A DNA stretch of 64,000 bases, taken from positions 6,027 through 70,026 of the forward strand of contig CALUKY010000013.1 in NCBI GenBank assembly GCA_944321345.1, written 5' to 3'. Positions within the stretch are counted from its first letter, which is position 1. Each line of letters starts with the position of its first letter. The stretch is from an uncultured Paraprevotella sp. (GTDB lineage: Bacteria; Bacteroidota; Bacteroidia; Bacteroidales; Bacteroidaceae). Below the pieces are notes generated by a model, which saw only the letters and a program-made list of their open reading frames with translations, was not told the origin of the DNA and made no database searches. This document shows, one piece after another, positions 38,945-49,500 of this stretch. The position numbers and the translations under genes were made by a program.

Positions 38945-39055
38945 ATATTTGTCTTTTAAATATTTTTTTAATAAGATTACATGCTACCATAAAAAATACA
39001 TCAGATCAAAGTAACACCCCGAAACAGAACTCTGCTCGGGGCATTACTTATTCCA

Positions 39056-40096
39056 TTAAGGCTGATACTGGCGCAAGGCGGCCAGCAGCGTATTGTTTTC
39101 ATTCTTGGTTCCGATCGTCACTCGCAGACAGTCGTCGCAGAGTTCCACCTTACTGCGGTTGCGCACAATAATGCCCCGCTCCACCAGATAGCGGTAGATG
39201 CGGTCGGCTCCCTGCATCCGGGCCAGGAAGAAATTGGCGTCGCTCGGATAGACACAGCGGCAGTAGCGCAGCTCGGCAAAGGCACGCATCATCTGGGCGC
39301 GCTCTTCCTTGAGGGTGGAGATCCATTTCTCGATCTCAAAACGGTGATCGAGCTGGCTCAATGCCTGGTCCTGGGTGAGCTGGTTGATATTGTAGGGATA
39401 TTTCACCTTATTGAATAGGGCGATGATCTCGGGAGAGGCGTATGCCATACCCAGACGGATGGCGGCCGAAGCCCAGGCCTTGGAGAAGGTGTTCAGCACC
39501 ACCAGATTGGGATAGCGCTGCAGATCCAGACGGAACGGACGCTGACCGGAGAAGTCGGAATAGGCTTCGTCGATCACCACAATGCCGGGGAAACGCTCCA
39601 GCAGGCTTTCCATCTCGGCACGTGACAGGTCATTGCCGGTGGGGTTGTTGGGCGAACAGAGGAAAATGACCTTGGTCTGTTCGTCGCAGGCCGCCAGCAG
39701 ATCGTCGGCACGGAACTGGTAGGTTTCGCTGAGAGGCACCTTGCGGTAGGCCACATTATTGATGTCGGCACACACTTCGTACATGCCGTAGGTGGGCGAA
39801 ATGGCCACGACATTATCCTGACCGGGTTCGCAGAACACCCGGAACACCAGGTCGATGGCCTCATCACTGCCGTTACCCAGGAAAATGCACGGTGCCGGCA
39901 CTTCCTTGATGCGCGAGAGCGTTTGCTTGAGGTGCTGCTGCAACGGATCGGGATAACGGTTATAGGGGGCATTGTAGGGATTCTCATTGGCATCGAGAAA
40001 AACGGTGGCCTCCACACCTTTATATTCGTCACGCGCCGAACTGTAGGGTTTCAGGCGCCAGATATTGGGACGGACAAGTTGTTCCAGATTTTTCAT
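39056..40096 (-). CDS. hisC: histidinol-phosphate aminotransferase
   Basis: 346 aa with [21 protein letters not shown]. Confidence 0.95.
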   Translation of the reverse strand: MKNLEQLVRPNIWRLKPYSSARDEYKGVEATVFLDANENPYNAPYNRYPDPLQQHLKQTLSRIKEVPAPCIFLGNGSDEAIDLVFRVFCEPGQDNVVAISPTYGMYEVCADINNVAYRKVPLSETYQFRADDLLAACDEQTKVIFLCSPNNPTGNDLSRAEMESLLERFPGIVVIDEAYSDFSGQRPFRLDLQRYPNLVVLNTFSKAWASAAIRLGMAYASPEIIALFNKVKYPYNINQLTQDQALSQLDHRFEIEKWISTLKEERAQMMRAFAELRYCRCVYPSDANFFLARMQGADRIYRYLVERGIIVRNRSKVELCDDCLRVTIGTKNENNTLLAALRQYQP

Positions 40097-40101
40097 ATCG
40101 C

Positions 40102-41397
40102 TTATTTTTTAAGGGGTTCCAGACTGTTCAGACGGAGGGTCATGGCATTCTTGTGGGCATCGAGATGCTCGTTGGCGGCCATGATCTCCACGGTACGGCC
40201 GATGCGGCGCACGCCTTCAGGAGTCAGCTCCTGGAAAGTGATCTTACGGTGATAGCTGTCGAGGTTCACACCGCTGTAGGCGGTGGCATAACCGTTGGTG
40301 GGCAGCGTGTGGTTGGTACCGGATGCATAGTCGCCGGCACTCTCAGGGGTGAGCGATCCCAGGAAGACACTGCCGGCATTGACCACGCCTTCGGCCAGAG
40401 CCAGATAGTCGGCGGTTTCGATAATCAGATGCTCGGGAGCATAGCGGTTGGTCAGCGCCAGCGCCTCGGCACGGTCGCGCACCAGAATGATCTTGCTGCT
40501 CTCCAGCGCCCGGGCGGCTATCTCCTGACGGGGCAAGAGAGCCAGCTGACGCTCCACTTCGGCCACCACCTGAGGAATCAGCTCTTCGGAGGTGGTGACG
40601 AGCAGCACCTGACTGTCGACACCGTGCTCGGCCTGCGACAACAGATCGGCCGCCACAAAGTCGGGACGGGAGGTCTCGTCGGCCAGCACTTCCACCTCTG
40701 ACGGACCGGCCGGCATGTCGATGGCTACATCGTGAAGCGATACCTGCTGCTTGGCGGCAGTGACATACTGGTTGCCGGGACCGAATATCTTATAGACCTT
40801 GGGCACGGATTCGGTACCGTAGGCCATGGCTCCGATGGCCTGCACGCCTCCGGCCTTGAAAATCTTGCTCACACCGGCCACACGGGCGGCATAAAGGATG
40901 GCGGGATGGATCTTGCCCTCACGGTTGGGGGGCGTGCAGAGCACAATCTCTCCGCAACCGGCAATGCGGGCGGGAGTGGCGAGCATCAGCACGGTAGAGA
41001 ACAGAGGGGCGGTACCGCCGGGAATATAGAGTCCCACCTTTTCGATGGGCACGTATTTCTGCCAGCAGGTGATGCCTTCGTCCACAGTGACCCGACGGCT
41101 CTCAAAGCGCTGCGCGGCATGGAATTTCTCAATATTGGCATGGGCCTGGCGCAAGGCGTCTTTCAGTTCTTCGGACACCAGGCGTTCGGCCTCGTCCCAT
41201 TCGGCGGGAGTGACCGACAGACTGTCCAGACGGACATGGTCAAATTGTTCTTCATAGGCCTTTACAGCCTCATCGCCACGGGCGCGCACTTCCTGCAGGA
41301 CGGCGCGCACCGTATCGTTCAGTTTGGTCCCGTCGAGAGCCGGACGACGGAGCAGTTCCTCCCAACAGGCGGGATCGGGATATCGGATTATATTCAT
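40102..41397 (-). CDS. hisD: histidinol dehydrogenase
   Basis: 431 aa with a full-length family pattern: [33 protein letters not shown]. Confidence 0.95.
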   Translation of the reverse strand: MNIIRYPDPACWEELLRRPALDGTKLNDTVRAVLQEVRARGDEAVKAYEEQFDHVRLDSLSVTPAEWDEAERLVSEELKDALRQAHANIEKFHAAQRFESRRVTVDEGITCWQKYVPIEKVGLYIPGGTAPLFSTVLMLATPARIAGCGEIVLCTPPNREGKIHPAILYAARVAGVSKIFKAGGVQAIGAMAYGTESVPKVYKIFGPGNQYVTAAKQQVSLHDVAIDMPAGPSEVEVLADETSRPDFVAADLLSQAEHGVDSQVLLVTTSEELIPQVVAEVERQLALLPRQEIAARALESSKIILVRDRAEALALTNRYAPEHLIIETADYLALAEGVVNAGSVFLGSLTPESAGDYASGTNHTLPTNGYATAYSGVNLDSYHRKITFQELTPEGVRRIGRTVEIMAANEHLDAHKNAMTLRLNSLEPLKK

Positions 41398-41437
41398 GAT
41401 TTCTGTCTTTATATATTAAGGTATAGGAATGGAATCT

Positions 41438-42289
41438 CTAGAGGATCATCTTCTCGACCGGAAGCACCAGAATACCCTGGGCACCGAGTTCTTTCAGACG
41501 GGTGATGATGTGCCAGAAGCATTTCTCGTCGAGCACGGTATGTACACTGCTCCATCCTTCCTGAGCCAGAGGCATCACGGTAGGACTCTTGGCACCGGGC
41601 AATACGGCCACGATATCGGCCACCTTGTCGGTAGGCACGTTCATCAGCACGTATTTCTTGTCTTCGGCACTCTTCACGGCCTCGATACGGAACAGCAGCT
41701 CGTCGAGGATGGCGCGCTTCTCGTCGCTCATACCCTTATGACCGATGAGCAGAGCCTCGCTCTGCATCACCACTTCCACCTCCTTCAGATTGTTGCTCAC
41801 CAGTGTGGAACCGGAGCTGACAATATCGAAAATGGCATCGGCCAGACCGATACCCGGAGCGATCTCCACCGAACCGGTGATGACATGGATGTCGGCCTCT
41901 ACCCCATGCTGCTGCAGGTAGTTCTTCAGGATACCGGGATAGGAAGTGGCGATCTTCTTGCCGGCAAACCAGCTCAGACCGGGATAATCCTCAGCCTTGG
42001 GGATGGCCAGCGACAAACGGCACTTGCTGAATCCCAGCGGACGGACAATCTCCGCGTCCTCGGCACGCTCAGCAAACTCGTTGTGACCCACGATACCCAC
42101 ATCGGCCACTCCGGTGGCTACCGACTGGGGGATATCGTCGTCGCGCAGGTAAAGCACCTCGACGGGGAAATTGGATGACTGTACCAACAGGGTACGCTTG
42201 CTGGAACTCACTTTGATACCGGCCTCGCTCAGCAGGGCCATGGTGTCTTCAAAAAGACGACCTTTTGACTGTACGGCAATTCTTAACAT
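41438..42289 (-). CDS. hisG: ATP phosphoribosyltransferase (long form)
   Basis: Track ORF trimmed to the ATG at 42289 (MLRIAVQSKGRL...). Motif DIVSSGSTL. Confidence 0.9.
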   Translation of the reverse strand: MLRIAVQSKGRLFEDTMALLSEAGIKVSSSKRTLLVQSSNFPVEVLYLRDDDIPQSVATGVADVGIVGHNEFAERAEDAEIVRPLGFSKCRLSLAIPKAEDYPGLSWFAGKKIATSYPGILKNYLQQHGVEADIHVITGSVEIAPGIGLADAIFDIVSSGSTLVSNNLKEVEVVMQSEALLIGHKGMSDEKRAILDELLFRIEAVKSAEDKKYVLMNVPTDKVADIVAVLPGAKSPTVMPLAQEGWSSVHTVLDEKCFWHIITRLKELGAQGILVLPVEKMIL

Positions 42290-42353
42290 AATCAATTCGT
42301 ATTTAGTTTCTATTTTCGTTTTCTCATCCTCAGTACCCCGGAACGGAGGGTAC

Positions 42354-42384
42354 AAAAAAAGGCTTGCGGTATACCCGGCAAGCC
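42354..42384 (-). terminator. intrinsic terminator of the his attenuator
   Basis: The minus strand reads AAGGCTTGCCGGGTATACCGCAAGCCTTTTTTT. It lies between the leader ORF and hisG, 65 nt before the hisG ATG. Confidence 0.75.
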
Positions 42385-42433
42385 TTCTATTCTGTCCTGA
42401 ACTATCTACATAGCCTCATCGCCTACCGAGTAT

Positions 42434-42481
42434 TTACACGTTAGGATGATGATGGTGGAATGTAGCGTTCAGTGAATTCAT
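42434..42481 (-). CDS. his operon leader peptide (15 aa, four consecutive His codons)
   Basis: My translation: ATG AAT TCA CTG AAC GCT ACA TTC CAC CAT CAT CAT CCT AAC GTG TAA = MNSLNATFHHHHPNV. It sits between a -7 box and the terminator. Confidence 0.75.
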   Translation of the reverse strand: MNSLNATFHHHHPNV

Positions 42482-42507
42482 TTCTGTTGTTTTTTTATTC
42501 TGCTGCG

Positions 42508-42515
42508 ACAAAGAT
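42508..42515 (-). promoter_or_regulatory. -7 box TATCTTTG (minus strand) for the his leader/operon
   Basis: CAAAGATA on the plus strand, 27 nt upstream of the leader ATG. Confidence 0.5.
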
Positions 42516-42590
42516 AATGATTGCTGCGCATTTTTCAAATGAATTGAGCGTTTTTTTTCAGGCAATCAGCAACAAACGATACAATCGAAA

Positions 42591-43649
42591 TCAATATAAA
42601 AGAAAATCCTTATAATCCTCCAAATGATCGTAGGCAATAGAAATCATCCGATCACTAAACAAATTCTTCTTTCTTTCTGTCCACTCCCTTATTTTCTGAA
42701 TAGTTTCTTTTTTATCAATACCTGGATTTTCTTTCCGAATAAAATCGACAGAAGCCAAAACCTCTAAAGCTAAAGCAGACTGAAAACCATCTATTAATTT
42801 TATCAGATGAGACAATCGTTTTTTTTGCTCACCGATCAAATGATTCCGAACATAATCGCTGACTTCTTTCATGGTGTCATAAACTAAAGTAATCTCTTCA
42901 AAGGGTTTGACGTCCATCTGTTCCACTCCCAAAATATATTTTCCACTCATAATATGTACCAAATGCCCAACCTGTGCGGAATAAGGACCATAATAATGAG
43001 CCTGAAATTTCAGATTCTTATAAGAGGACTCCCCTAATCTCTGAAAGAAATAAACCAGTTTATTGGCCACAAACAGACTGGCTCTCTCACCTGTTGCATC
43101 ATAATAAAATAAAGCATAAAGTAACAACGCTCGTGCCGGAGTCAAATAAGTAGCCTTATTTTTCTGCTCTTTCTTTAAAATTTCCTTAACCTCTGCATTA
43201 GGCTCATAAACAACAATTTCAACAGTTTCGGAAAGCGATTGCAAATAAAATTCAATAAGTCCTTTCACACGTTCCCATTTTAATCCTCCATTACCACAAC
43301 CTAATGGAGGAAGAGCAATACTCTTAATCTGATAATGCGCTATTATCTGAACCAGATCTTTTAATCCTTCTTCTATATAAACATATTGTGACTTTTTACG
43401 CCAATCAACTTTCGTCGGGAAATTAATAATCAAAACATCCTCATCCATATAACGGTCTTTCACCACAAGAGACTTTCCCGGATAAATATGTTTTTCCTTA
43501 CAAGCAAGCACATACGCATTAAAATTATTCGGATATCGCTCCTTGAATTGTAAAGCAATACCCTTTCCCATCACACCAACAGTATTCACAGTATTTACAA
43601 GTGCTTCAGTGTGCGCAGAAAGCAAATTTCCTTTTATATATTTAATCAT
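42591..43649 (-). CDS. darG: DarG-like antitoxin: N-terminal macrodomain plus C-terminal domain
   Basis: 352 aa. Macrodomain motifs are LVNTVNTVGVMGKGIALQFK and PPLGCGNGGL. An ATGA overlap links it to the upstream DarT gene. The gene is AT-rich. Confidence 0.8.
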   Translation of the reverse strand: MIKYIKGNLLSAHTEALVNTVNTVGVMGKGIALQFKERYPNNFNAYVLACKEKHIYPGKSLVVKDRYMDEDVLIINFPTKVDWRKKSQYVYIEEGLKDLVQIIAHYQIKSIALPPLGCGNGGLKWERVKGLIEFYLQSLSETVEIVVYEPNAEVKEILKKEQKNKATYLTPARALLLYALFYYDATGERASLFVANKLVYFFQRLGESSYKNLKFQAHYYGPYSAQVGHLVHIMSGKYILGVEQMDVKPFEEITLVYDTMKEVSDYVRNHLIGEQKKRLSHLIKLIDGFQSALALEVLASVDFIRKENPGIDKKETIQKIREWTERKKNLFSDRMISIAYDHLEDYKDFLLY

Positions 43650-44287
43650 TCGTAATATAGCCTATTCTCATTATCTACATATACCGGAATATTCAGATGT
43701 AAACGTTCCAGTATAAATTCGACCTCCACCTTTCTTTCTTCATTTCTGACCGCCAGAAAACCGATACAAGAAACAGGAAGATAATCTTTCACCAAAAATT
43801 CAGCCTGTTTCTTCCGACACCGATCCATATCCTCCAAAGTATTATTCCAATGAAGAGCATTTACAGTTCCCCAATCTATTTTTTGAAGATAAATCAAGTC
43901 ATTATAAAATTCGGTAATTCTGGACTTTGCATGCCCGTCAGTAAAACACCACTCATTTGTATAATCTAATATCTTTCCAATTTTACAACATATAAAGATA
44001 ATATCTTCCTGAGGATATCTTCGTACTCCATTGCCTGTTTTAATCTTATATAACATTGGAGAATGTCCCGCAAAATAAAAAGGTATAAATTCCCCCAAAG
44101 TTCCTCCCGGAGGATCAATACCAATTCTATACTCATCACGTAAAGATATAAGGTCCGGAGCACCAATATGAATATACCCCGGATTGTTTTCCTTATATTT
44201 ACTGACAATACCGTGCTTCAGAATAAATTCGAGATTTTGAAAATGAATCATTCTGAAAACCCAACGATTTTTAGCAGACTGATCCAT
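43646..44287 (-). CDS. darT: DarT-like DNA ADP-ribosyltransferase toxin (DUF4433)
   Basis: Trimmed to the ATG at 44287 (213 aa). DUF4433 pattern: MIHFQNLEFILKHG, GTLGEFIPFYFAGHSPMLY, CFTDGHA, KKQAEFLV. Confidence 0.8.
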   Translation of the reverse strand: MDQSAKNRWVFRMIHFQNLEFILKHGIVSKYKENNPGYIHIGAPDLISLRDEYRIGIDPPGGTLGEFIPFYFAGHSPMLYKIKTGNGVRRYPQEDIIFICCKIGKILDYTNEWCFTDGHAKSRITEFYNDLIYLQKIDWGTVNALHWNNTLEDMDRCRKKQAEFLVKDYLPVSCIGFLAVRNEERKVEVEFILERLHLNIPVYVDNENRLYYE

Positions 44288-44586
44288 TACACTTCGTAAT
44301 CCACACACGAACGGGACACCTTGTAAGGACCGATGAGCGAAGCGGCGGCAACATGCGCCGGATGCACGGCATAGGCACGGACATCGTCCAGACTGTCGAA
44401 CTCGCTGTAAAGGGCCAGATCAAAGCTCTCGGAGGGGTTCACATTGATACCGACCTGTACCGAACGGAGAAAAGGAATCTCGGCGGGAAGGGCCTCGATG
44501 GCTGACTTGAAATCGTGCATCACCTGCTGCTTCAAAGATGAATCCATCCGGGGATCCAACTGAAAAAGTACAATATGTTTCACCAT
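44287..44586 (-). CDS. Dabb-family (stress-responsive A/B barrel) protein
   Basis: 99 aa: MVKHIVLFQL...LALYSEFDSLDDVRAYAVHPAHV. The gene is GC-rich. Confidence 0.85.
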   Translation of the reverse strand: MVKHIVLFQLDPRMDSSLKQQVMHDFKSAIEALPAEIPFLRSVQVGINVNPSESFDLALYSEFDSLDDVRAYAVHPAHVAAASLIGPYKVSRSCVDYEV

Positions 44587-44637
44587 AGCTCCTTGTTTTT
44601 TTTATCGTTTTTCTTCTTTTTTTACATATTTATTATT

Positions 44638-44645
44638 TACCTTTG
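44638..44645 (+). promoter_or_regulatory. -7 box TACCTTTG (udk)
   Basis: Matches TAnnTTTG, 82 nt upstream of the ATG at 44727. Confidence 0.35.
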
Positions 44646-44677
44646 TGATAATCTGTCCGCAAAAATTGTTCTGCGAA

Positions 44678-44685
44678 CAAAGATA
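44678..44685 (-). promoter_or_regulatory. -7 box TATCTTTG (minus strand) for Dabb-darTG
   Basis: CAAAGATA on the plus strand, 92 nt upstream of the ATG at 44586. Confidence 0.35.
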
Positions 44686-44726
44686 ATAGAAAAGAACCGA
44701 TTCCGAACGATAAAAACAATTATTTT

Positions 44727-45347
44727 ATGCTGATTATAGGTATTGCCGGAGGAACAGGATCCGGAAAGACAACGGTAGTGAAAAAAATCGTGGAAAGCCT
44801 GAACGGAGAGCATGTGGCCGTGATTCCGCAGGATTCCTATTACAACGATACCAGTGAACTGACCATGGAAGAACGGCGGATGATCAATTTTGACCACCCG
44901 GACGCCTTCGACTGGAAACTGCTGATCGAACAGATCGGTCTGCTGAAACAGGGTATCGCCATCGAACAGCCTACCTATTCTTATCTGATCTGCAACCGAC
45001 TGCCGGACACGGTGCACGTGGACCCGCAACCGGTGATTATCGTGGAGGGCATCATGGCACTGGCCAACGAGGAACTGCGCAGCCTGATGGACATCAAGAT
45101 CTTTGTGGACGCCGATGCCGACGACCGACTGATCCGGGTGATCCAACGGGATATCATCGAAAGAGGCAGAACGGCGGAAATGGTCATCGACCGCTACCAG
45201 AAGGTGCTCAAACCCATGCACCTGGAGTTTATCGAACCGACCAAACGGTATGCCGACCTGATTGTGCCGCAGGGAGGCAACAACCTGCAGGCCATCGAAC
45301 TGCTGAAAACATTCATCGCGCACAAATGCCAGCATGAAAACAAATAA
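44727..45347 (+). CDS. udk: uridine kinase
   Basis: 206 aa with IGIAGGTGSGKTT and NFDHPDAFD. Confidence 0.95.
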   Translation: MLIIGIAGGTGSGKTTVVKKIVESLNGEHVAVIPQDSYYNDTSELTMEERRMINFDHPDAFDWKLLIEQIGLLKQGIAIEQPTYSYLICNRLPDTVHVDPQPVIIVEGIMALANEELRSLMDIKIFVDADADDRLIRVIQRDIIERGRTAEMVIDRYQKVLKPMHLEFIEPTKRYADLIVPQGGNNLQAIELLKTFIAHKCQHENK

Positions 45348-46533
45348 TAAAGCCGGAAAGGGACTGCTGGTTCCGCTACTCGGACTCCTGATGCTGGGCA
45401 CCGGAGGATGCGGTGAACGGAAAGAACGTCAGGACATGGAGGTGTCGTACCAGACCATTGCCGGCAACCAGGAGCTGACCGCCGACTATGACCTGCCACA
45501 GATTCAGGAAAGCGGCGAACTGATTGCCGTAACCCTGAGCGGACCGGACACGTATTACGAATACCGAGACAAGGGCATGGGACTGCAGTATGAACTGGCG
45601 GAACAGTTTGCCACGCATATCGGTGCCAGCCTGAGAATCGAGGTGGTGAAGGATACCGCCGAGCTGGTGCGCCGCATCGAGAACAACGACGCGGACCTGA
45701 TTGCCGTGGAACTGGATGTAAACCCTTACCGGAAGATCCTGCAACCCTGCGGAAGCTATTCACAGACTGACAGTACGGCACGGCGCTCCTGGGCTGTGAG
45801 CCGGGGGGCGACGGAACTGGCGGAAGCCCTGGACCAATGGTACCGGCCGGAACGGAAAAAGACCGTGCTGGCGGAAGAGCAGCGGCGTTTCCTGCCGCAG
45901 TACCGGGTAAGACGGCGGGCAAGGGCTCCGTTCCTGTCGCGCAGCCAGGGCATCATCTCGCCCTATGACGCGCTGTTCAAGCGACATGCCGGAGGCATTG
46001 ACTGGGACTGGCGCCTGATGGCGGCCCAGTGCTATCAGGAATCGGCCTTCGACCCGCAAGCCGTATCATGGGTCGGCGCCCGGGGACTGATGCAGATCAT
46101 GCCGGCAACCGCCGCGCAGCTGGGCCTGCCGGCAGAACAGATCGAACAGCCGGAAGCGAATATCCGGGCCGCAGCCAGATACTTACGGATTCTGGAAAGG
46201 AAATTTGCGGACATACAACCGAGAACGGAACGCCTTTACTTCGTGCTGGCCAGCTATAACGGAGGGGCCGGACACATCGAAGACGCCCGGAACCTGGCCC
46301 GAAGGGACAAGCAGAACGCCGACCGCTGGGAGGTGGTGAAGCAATATGTGCTGCGCCTGAGCGATCCGAGATACTATACCCGGTCGGAAGTGAAATTCGG
46401 CTATATGAGGGGCAGCGAAACCTATCACTATGTGGAGCGCATTCAGGAACGGTGGAGCGAATACCAGAGAGTGGCCAAACCGGAACGGATGCCCCAGAAA
46501 GCGAGAGGAGAAAGGAAAAAGAAATTCAGATGA
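45334..46533 (+). CDS. MltF-like lytic transglycosylase lipoprotein (SBP-like + SLT domains)
   Basis: 399 aa. Lipobox GTGGC and SLT motif QESAFDPQAVSWVGARGLMQIMP. Confidence 0.85.
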   Translation: MKTNNKAGKGLLVPLLGLLMLGTGGCGERKERQDMEVSYQTIAGNQELTADYDLPQIQESGELIAVTLSGPDTYYEYRDKGMGLQYELAEQFATHIGASLRIEVVKDTAELVRRIENNDADLIAVELDVNPYRKILQPCGSYSQTDSTARRSWAVSRGATELAEALDQWYRPERKKTVLAEEQRRFLPQYRVRRRARAPFLSRSQGIISPYDALFKRHAGGIDWDWRLMAAQCYQESAFDPQAVSWVGARGLMQIMPATAAQLGLPAEQIEQPEANIRAAARYLRILERKFADIQPRTERLYFVLASYNGGAGHIEDARNLARRDKQNADRWEVVKQYVLRLSDPRYYTRSEVKFGYMRGSETYHYVERIQERWSEYQRVAKPERMPQKARGERKKKFR

Positions 46534-49500
46534 ACGCGTTTTTTGAGGAAATAACAGACAACGAACAGACCACACGGCAAATCGAACAGAAATATCGGAA
46601 ACTGACGGCACTGACCGACCGGCTCATCGTGGACCGGACCCGGGACTTTGCCGCCGAGTTTACCTCCATGGCGGGACGGCTCTATGCCTTGTGCCAGACC
46701 ACCGGCTATGACCACCGCCCGCTGGCCCGGTTCCGGAAACATGCGGCCGAGGCGATACGCAACACAGCCTGTCCGGATGAGGAGGACTACCGGCAGGACC
46801 TGAAAGCGGTATGCGAGGCGGTGGCGTTCCTGACCCGAGAGGACATTCCCGAAGAACTGCAGGTCCTGCTGCCGCGCGAAGAACCGAAAGCGACGGAACG
46901 GAAAGAACCGCAGGATTTTGTCCGGAAAATACGGATCACGGTAACCGGATGGGACGGGGATTTTGTGTACGGCACGGACCGCGAACAGCCCGACGAGGAG
47001 ATACGGGCACGCTACCGTCAGGAGGACGGGGCCTTTGACGGACTGCCGCAGTGGCTCTATGCGGGAGCACAGCTGAACCTGCTGTCGGTGCGCTTCACCG
47101 AAGAGGAGGGAATACGCACCGCCCAGCCCAAACTGCTGGTGCTGGACCCGGACTTTCTGATCGACATCACGGCCATCTGCCAGTGCATCAAGCCGTATGG
47201 CACCCATGCCCTGAACCATCTGATCAACAAGTTCACCCCGGCACCACGGTCGGCCGCCCTGCAGCTGGGTAATCTGGCCAACCAGTTTCTGGATGCCTGT
47301 GTGCACGACAACGGCATGGAGGAAAAGAGCGAAGAGGAGGGCTACCGCGAAGCGCTGCTGCAAAGTTTCGAGACGTCGCCCATAGAATATACCACCCTGC
47401 CCGACATCAACCAGGCTTTCTTCGAGCAGGCGCGCAAGCAGTTTCACCACATCCGTGACGTGGTGCGCCACAAATTCAGTGCCGAGGAGATCGATATCGA
47501 ACGGCAGGACGTGCAGCTGGAACCGTCGTTCCTGTGCGAGGCCCTGGGACTGCAGGGACGTCTGGACCTGCTGGTGCAGGACAGCAGCAAGATTGTGGAA
47601 CTGAAAAGCGGCAAGGCGGAGGAATATCCGCAAATCCGGCCGAAAGAGGAACATGCCCTGCAGATGGCGCTGTACAAGGAAATCCTTTACTATAACATGG
47701 GGGTGGCGCACGATGACGTGCAGACCTACCTGCTCTACTCACGCTATCCGCTGCTGTATCACATCCGACACTCCAACAGCGAGCTGCGCCAGGCCATGGC
47801 CCTGCGCAACGACATGGTAGGCCTGGAACACCTGTTGCGGAACGGACACTCGAAGGAGGTGACGGAACAGCTGCAGGAAGAGATCCTGGTGGATCCGGCC
47901 GTAAGAAACACCCGTTTCTACCGGGAATATCTGAGAAAAGACCTGATGGACCTCATCGGGCACCTGAAGAATATGAAAGAGGTGGAAACGGAATACTTCC
48001 ACACGTTCCTGGCCTTTATGGAACGGGAACAGTTCCTGTCCAAAATCGGAGACGACCAGCCGGACTCAGGACGCGGATTCGCGGAAATCTGGAACCGGGA
48101 CACGGTGACCAAACAGAGCAACGGAAACATTCTGACGGGACTGAAACCGGAACCGGTGTTCGACGACCAGGGGGCCGTAACGGGCATGAATCTGGAAATG
48201 CCGGTCTACGCGGAGGATTTTCTGCCGAATTTCCGGGCCGGTGACTCGGTGTTGCTGTATGAACGGAACTCGGAAGAGGACTCGGCCATCAACAAACAGA
48301 TTTTCCGCTGCCAGATCGAGGAAATGGGCACCCGATATATCAAGGTACGCCTGGCGTACAAACAGAAAAACGCCCGGGTGTTTCACCTGCAGGCACATTA
48401 TGCCCTGGAACCGGGATATGCCGACAGCAGTTACACGCAGGCCTACCGCGGACTGTACAGCCTGCTGCTGGCACCGGAAGAACGGAGGGCCCTGATCCTG
48501 GGACAACGGAAACCGGAAACGGACCGCTCCATCACCCTGAACCGGCACTTCGAAAACCCGGAAACGGAGGAGATCGTGCGCAAGGCCAAACAGGCCAAGG
48601 ACTATTTTCTGCTGGTGGGACCGCCGGGAACAGGCAAGACCTCGGTGGCGCTGAAAGCGATGGTGCAGGAACTGATCAGCGAAACCCCGAAGCAGAACCT
48701 GCTGCTGATGGCCTATACCAACCGGGCCGTGGACGAAATCTGCCAGATGCTGGAGGGACTGGACGAAAAGCCGGAATATGTGCGCATCGGACAGGAGCTG
48801 AACTGTGAAAAGGCATACCGGCACCGCCTCATCAAATACAAGATACGCGAAGCGCAGAACCGCAAGCAGATCTTCGACCTGCTGGAACCGGTGCAGATCT
48901 TTGTGGGCACCATCAGCAGCATGGCCGGAAAGAGCGAGCTTTTTGAACTGAAGCGGTTTGATACGGCCATTGTTGACGAGGCCTCACAGGTGCTCGAACC
49001 GCAACTGCTGCCGCTGCTCTGTGCCAAGACTTCCCTGCCGGATCCGCTATACCGGAACAACCCGTGCGCCATCCGGAAATTCATCCTGATCGGCGACCAC
49101 AAACAGCTGCCGGCCGTGGTGCTGCAAAACCCGGCACGATCGGAAGTGCACCACGAAGCGCTGCGGGCCATCGGACTGACCAACTGCCGCAACTCGCTCT
49201 TCGAACGGTGGCACACCCTGCAACAGCTGATGCACACGGAGCAGGACACCGTAGCCTGGCTGCACCGACAGGGGCGCATGCACGAGGAACTGAGCGAATT
49301 CGTGAACCGCATGTTCTACAACCACCAGCTGGGACTGGTACCCCTGCCCCACCAGACGGGCAAACTGCCTTCGACCTACCGGGGAGATGACCCGTGGATG
49401 CGGATAGCGGCCACCGTGCGCCTGGGATTCATTCCGGTGATCCCGCGCGAAGGAAGCGAAAACAACAAGGTGAACCGGGAGGAAGCCACCGTTACGGGAC

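Noticed and set aside
45194-45922. 242-aa Pro/Arg/Ser-rich minus-strand ORF. Also 44637-45401 (254 aa).
   Set aside because: They are antisense to udk and the mltF-like gene, and their composition is non-protein-like.
46443-47711. 422-aa minus-strand ORF, plus further minus-strand ORFs at 48066-48824, 48713-49312 and 49047-49841
   Set aside because: All are antisense to the DNA2-like helicase gene, whose helicase motifs are clear in the sense frame.
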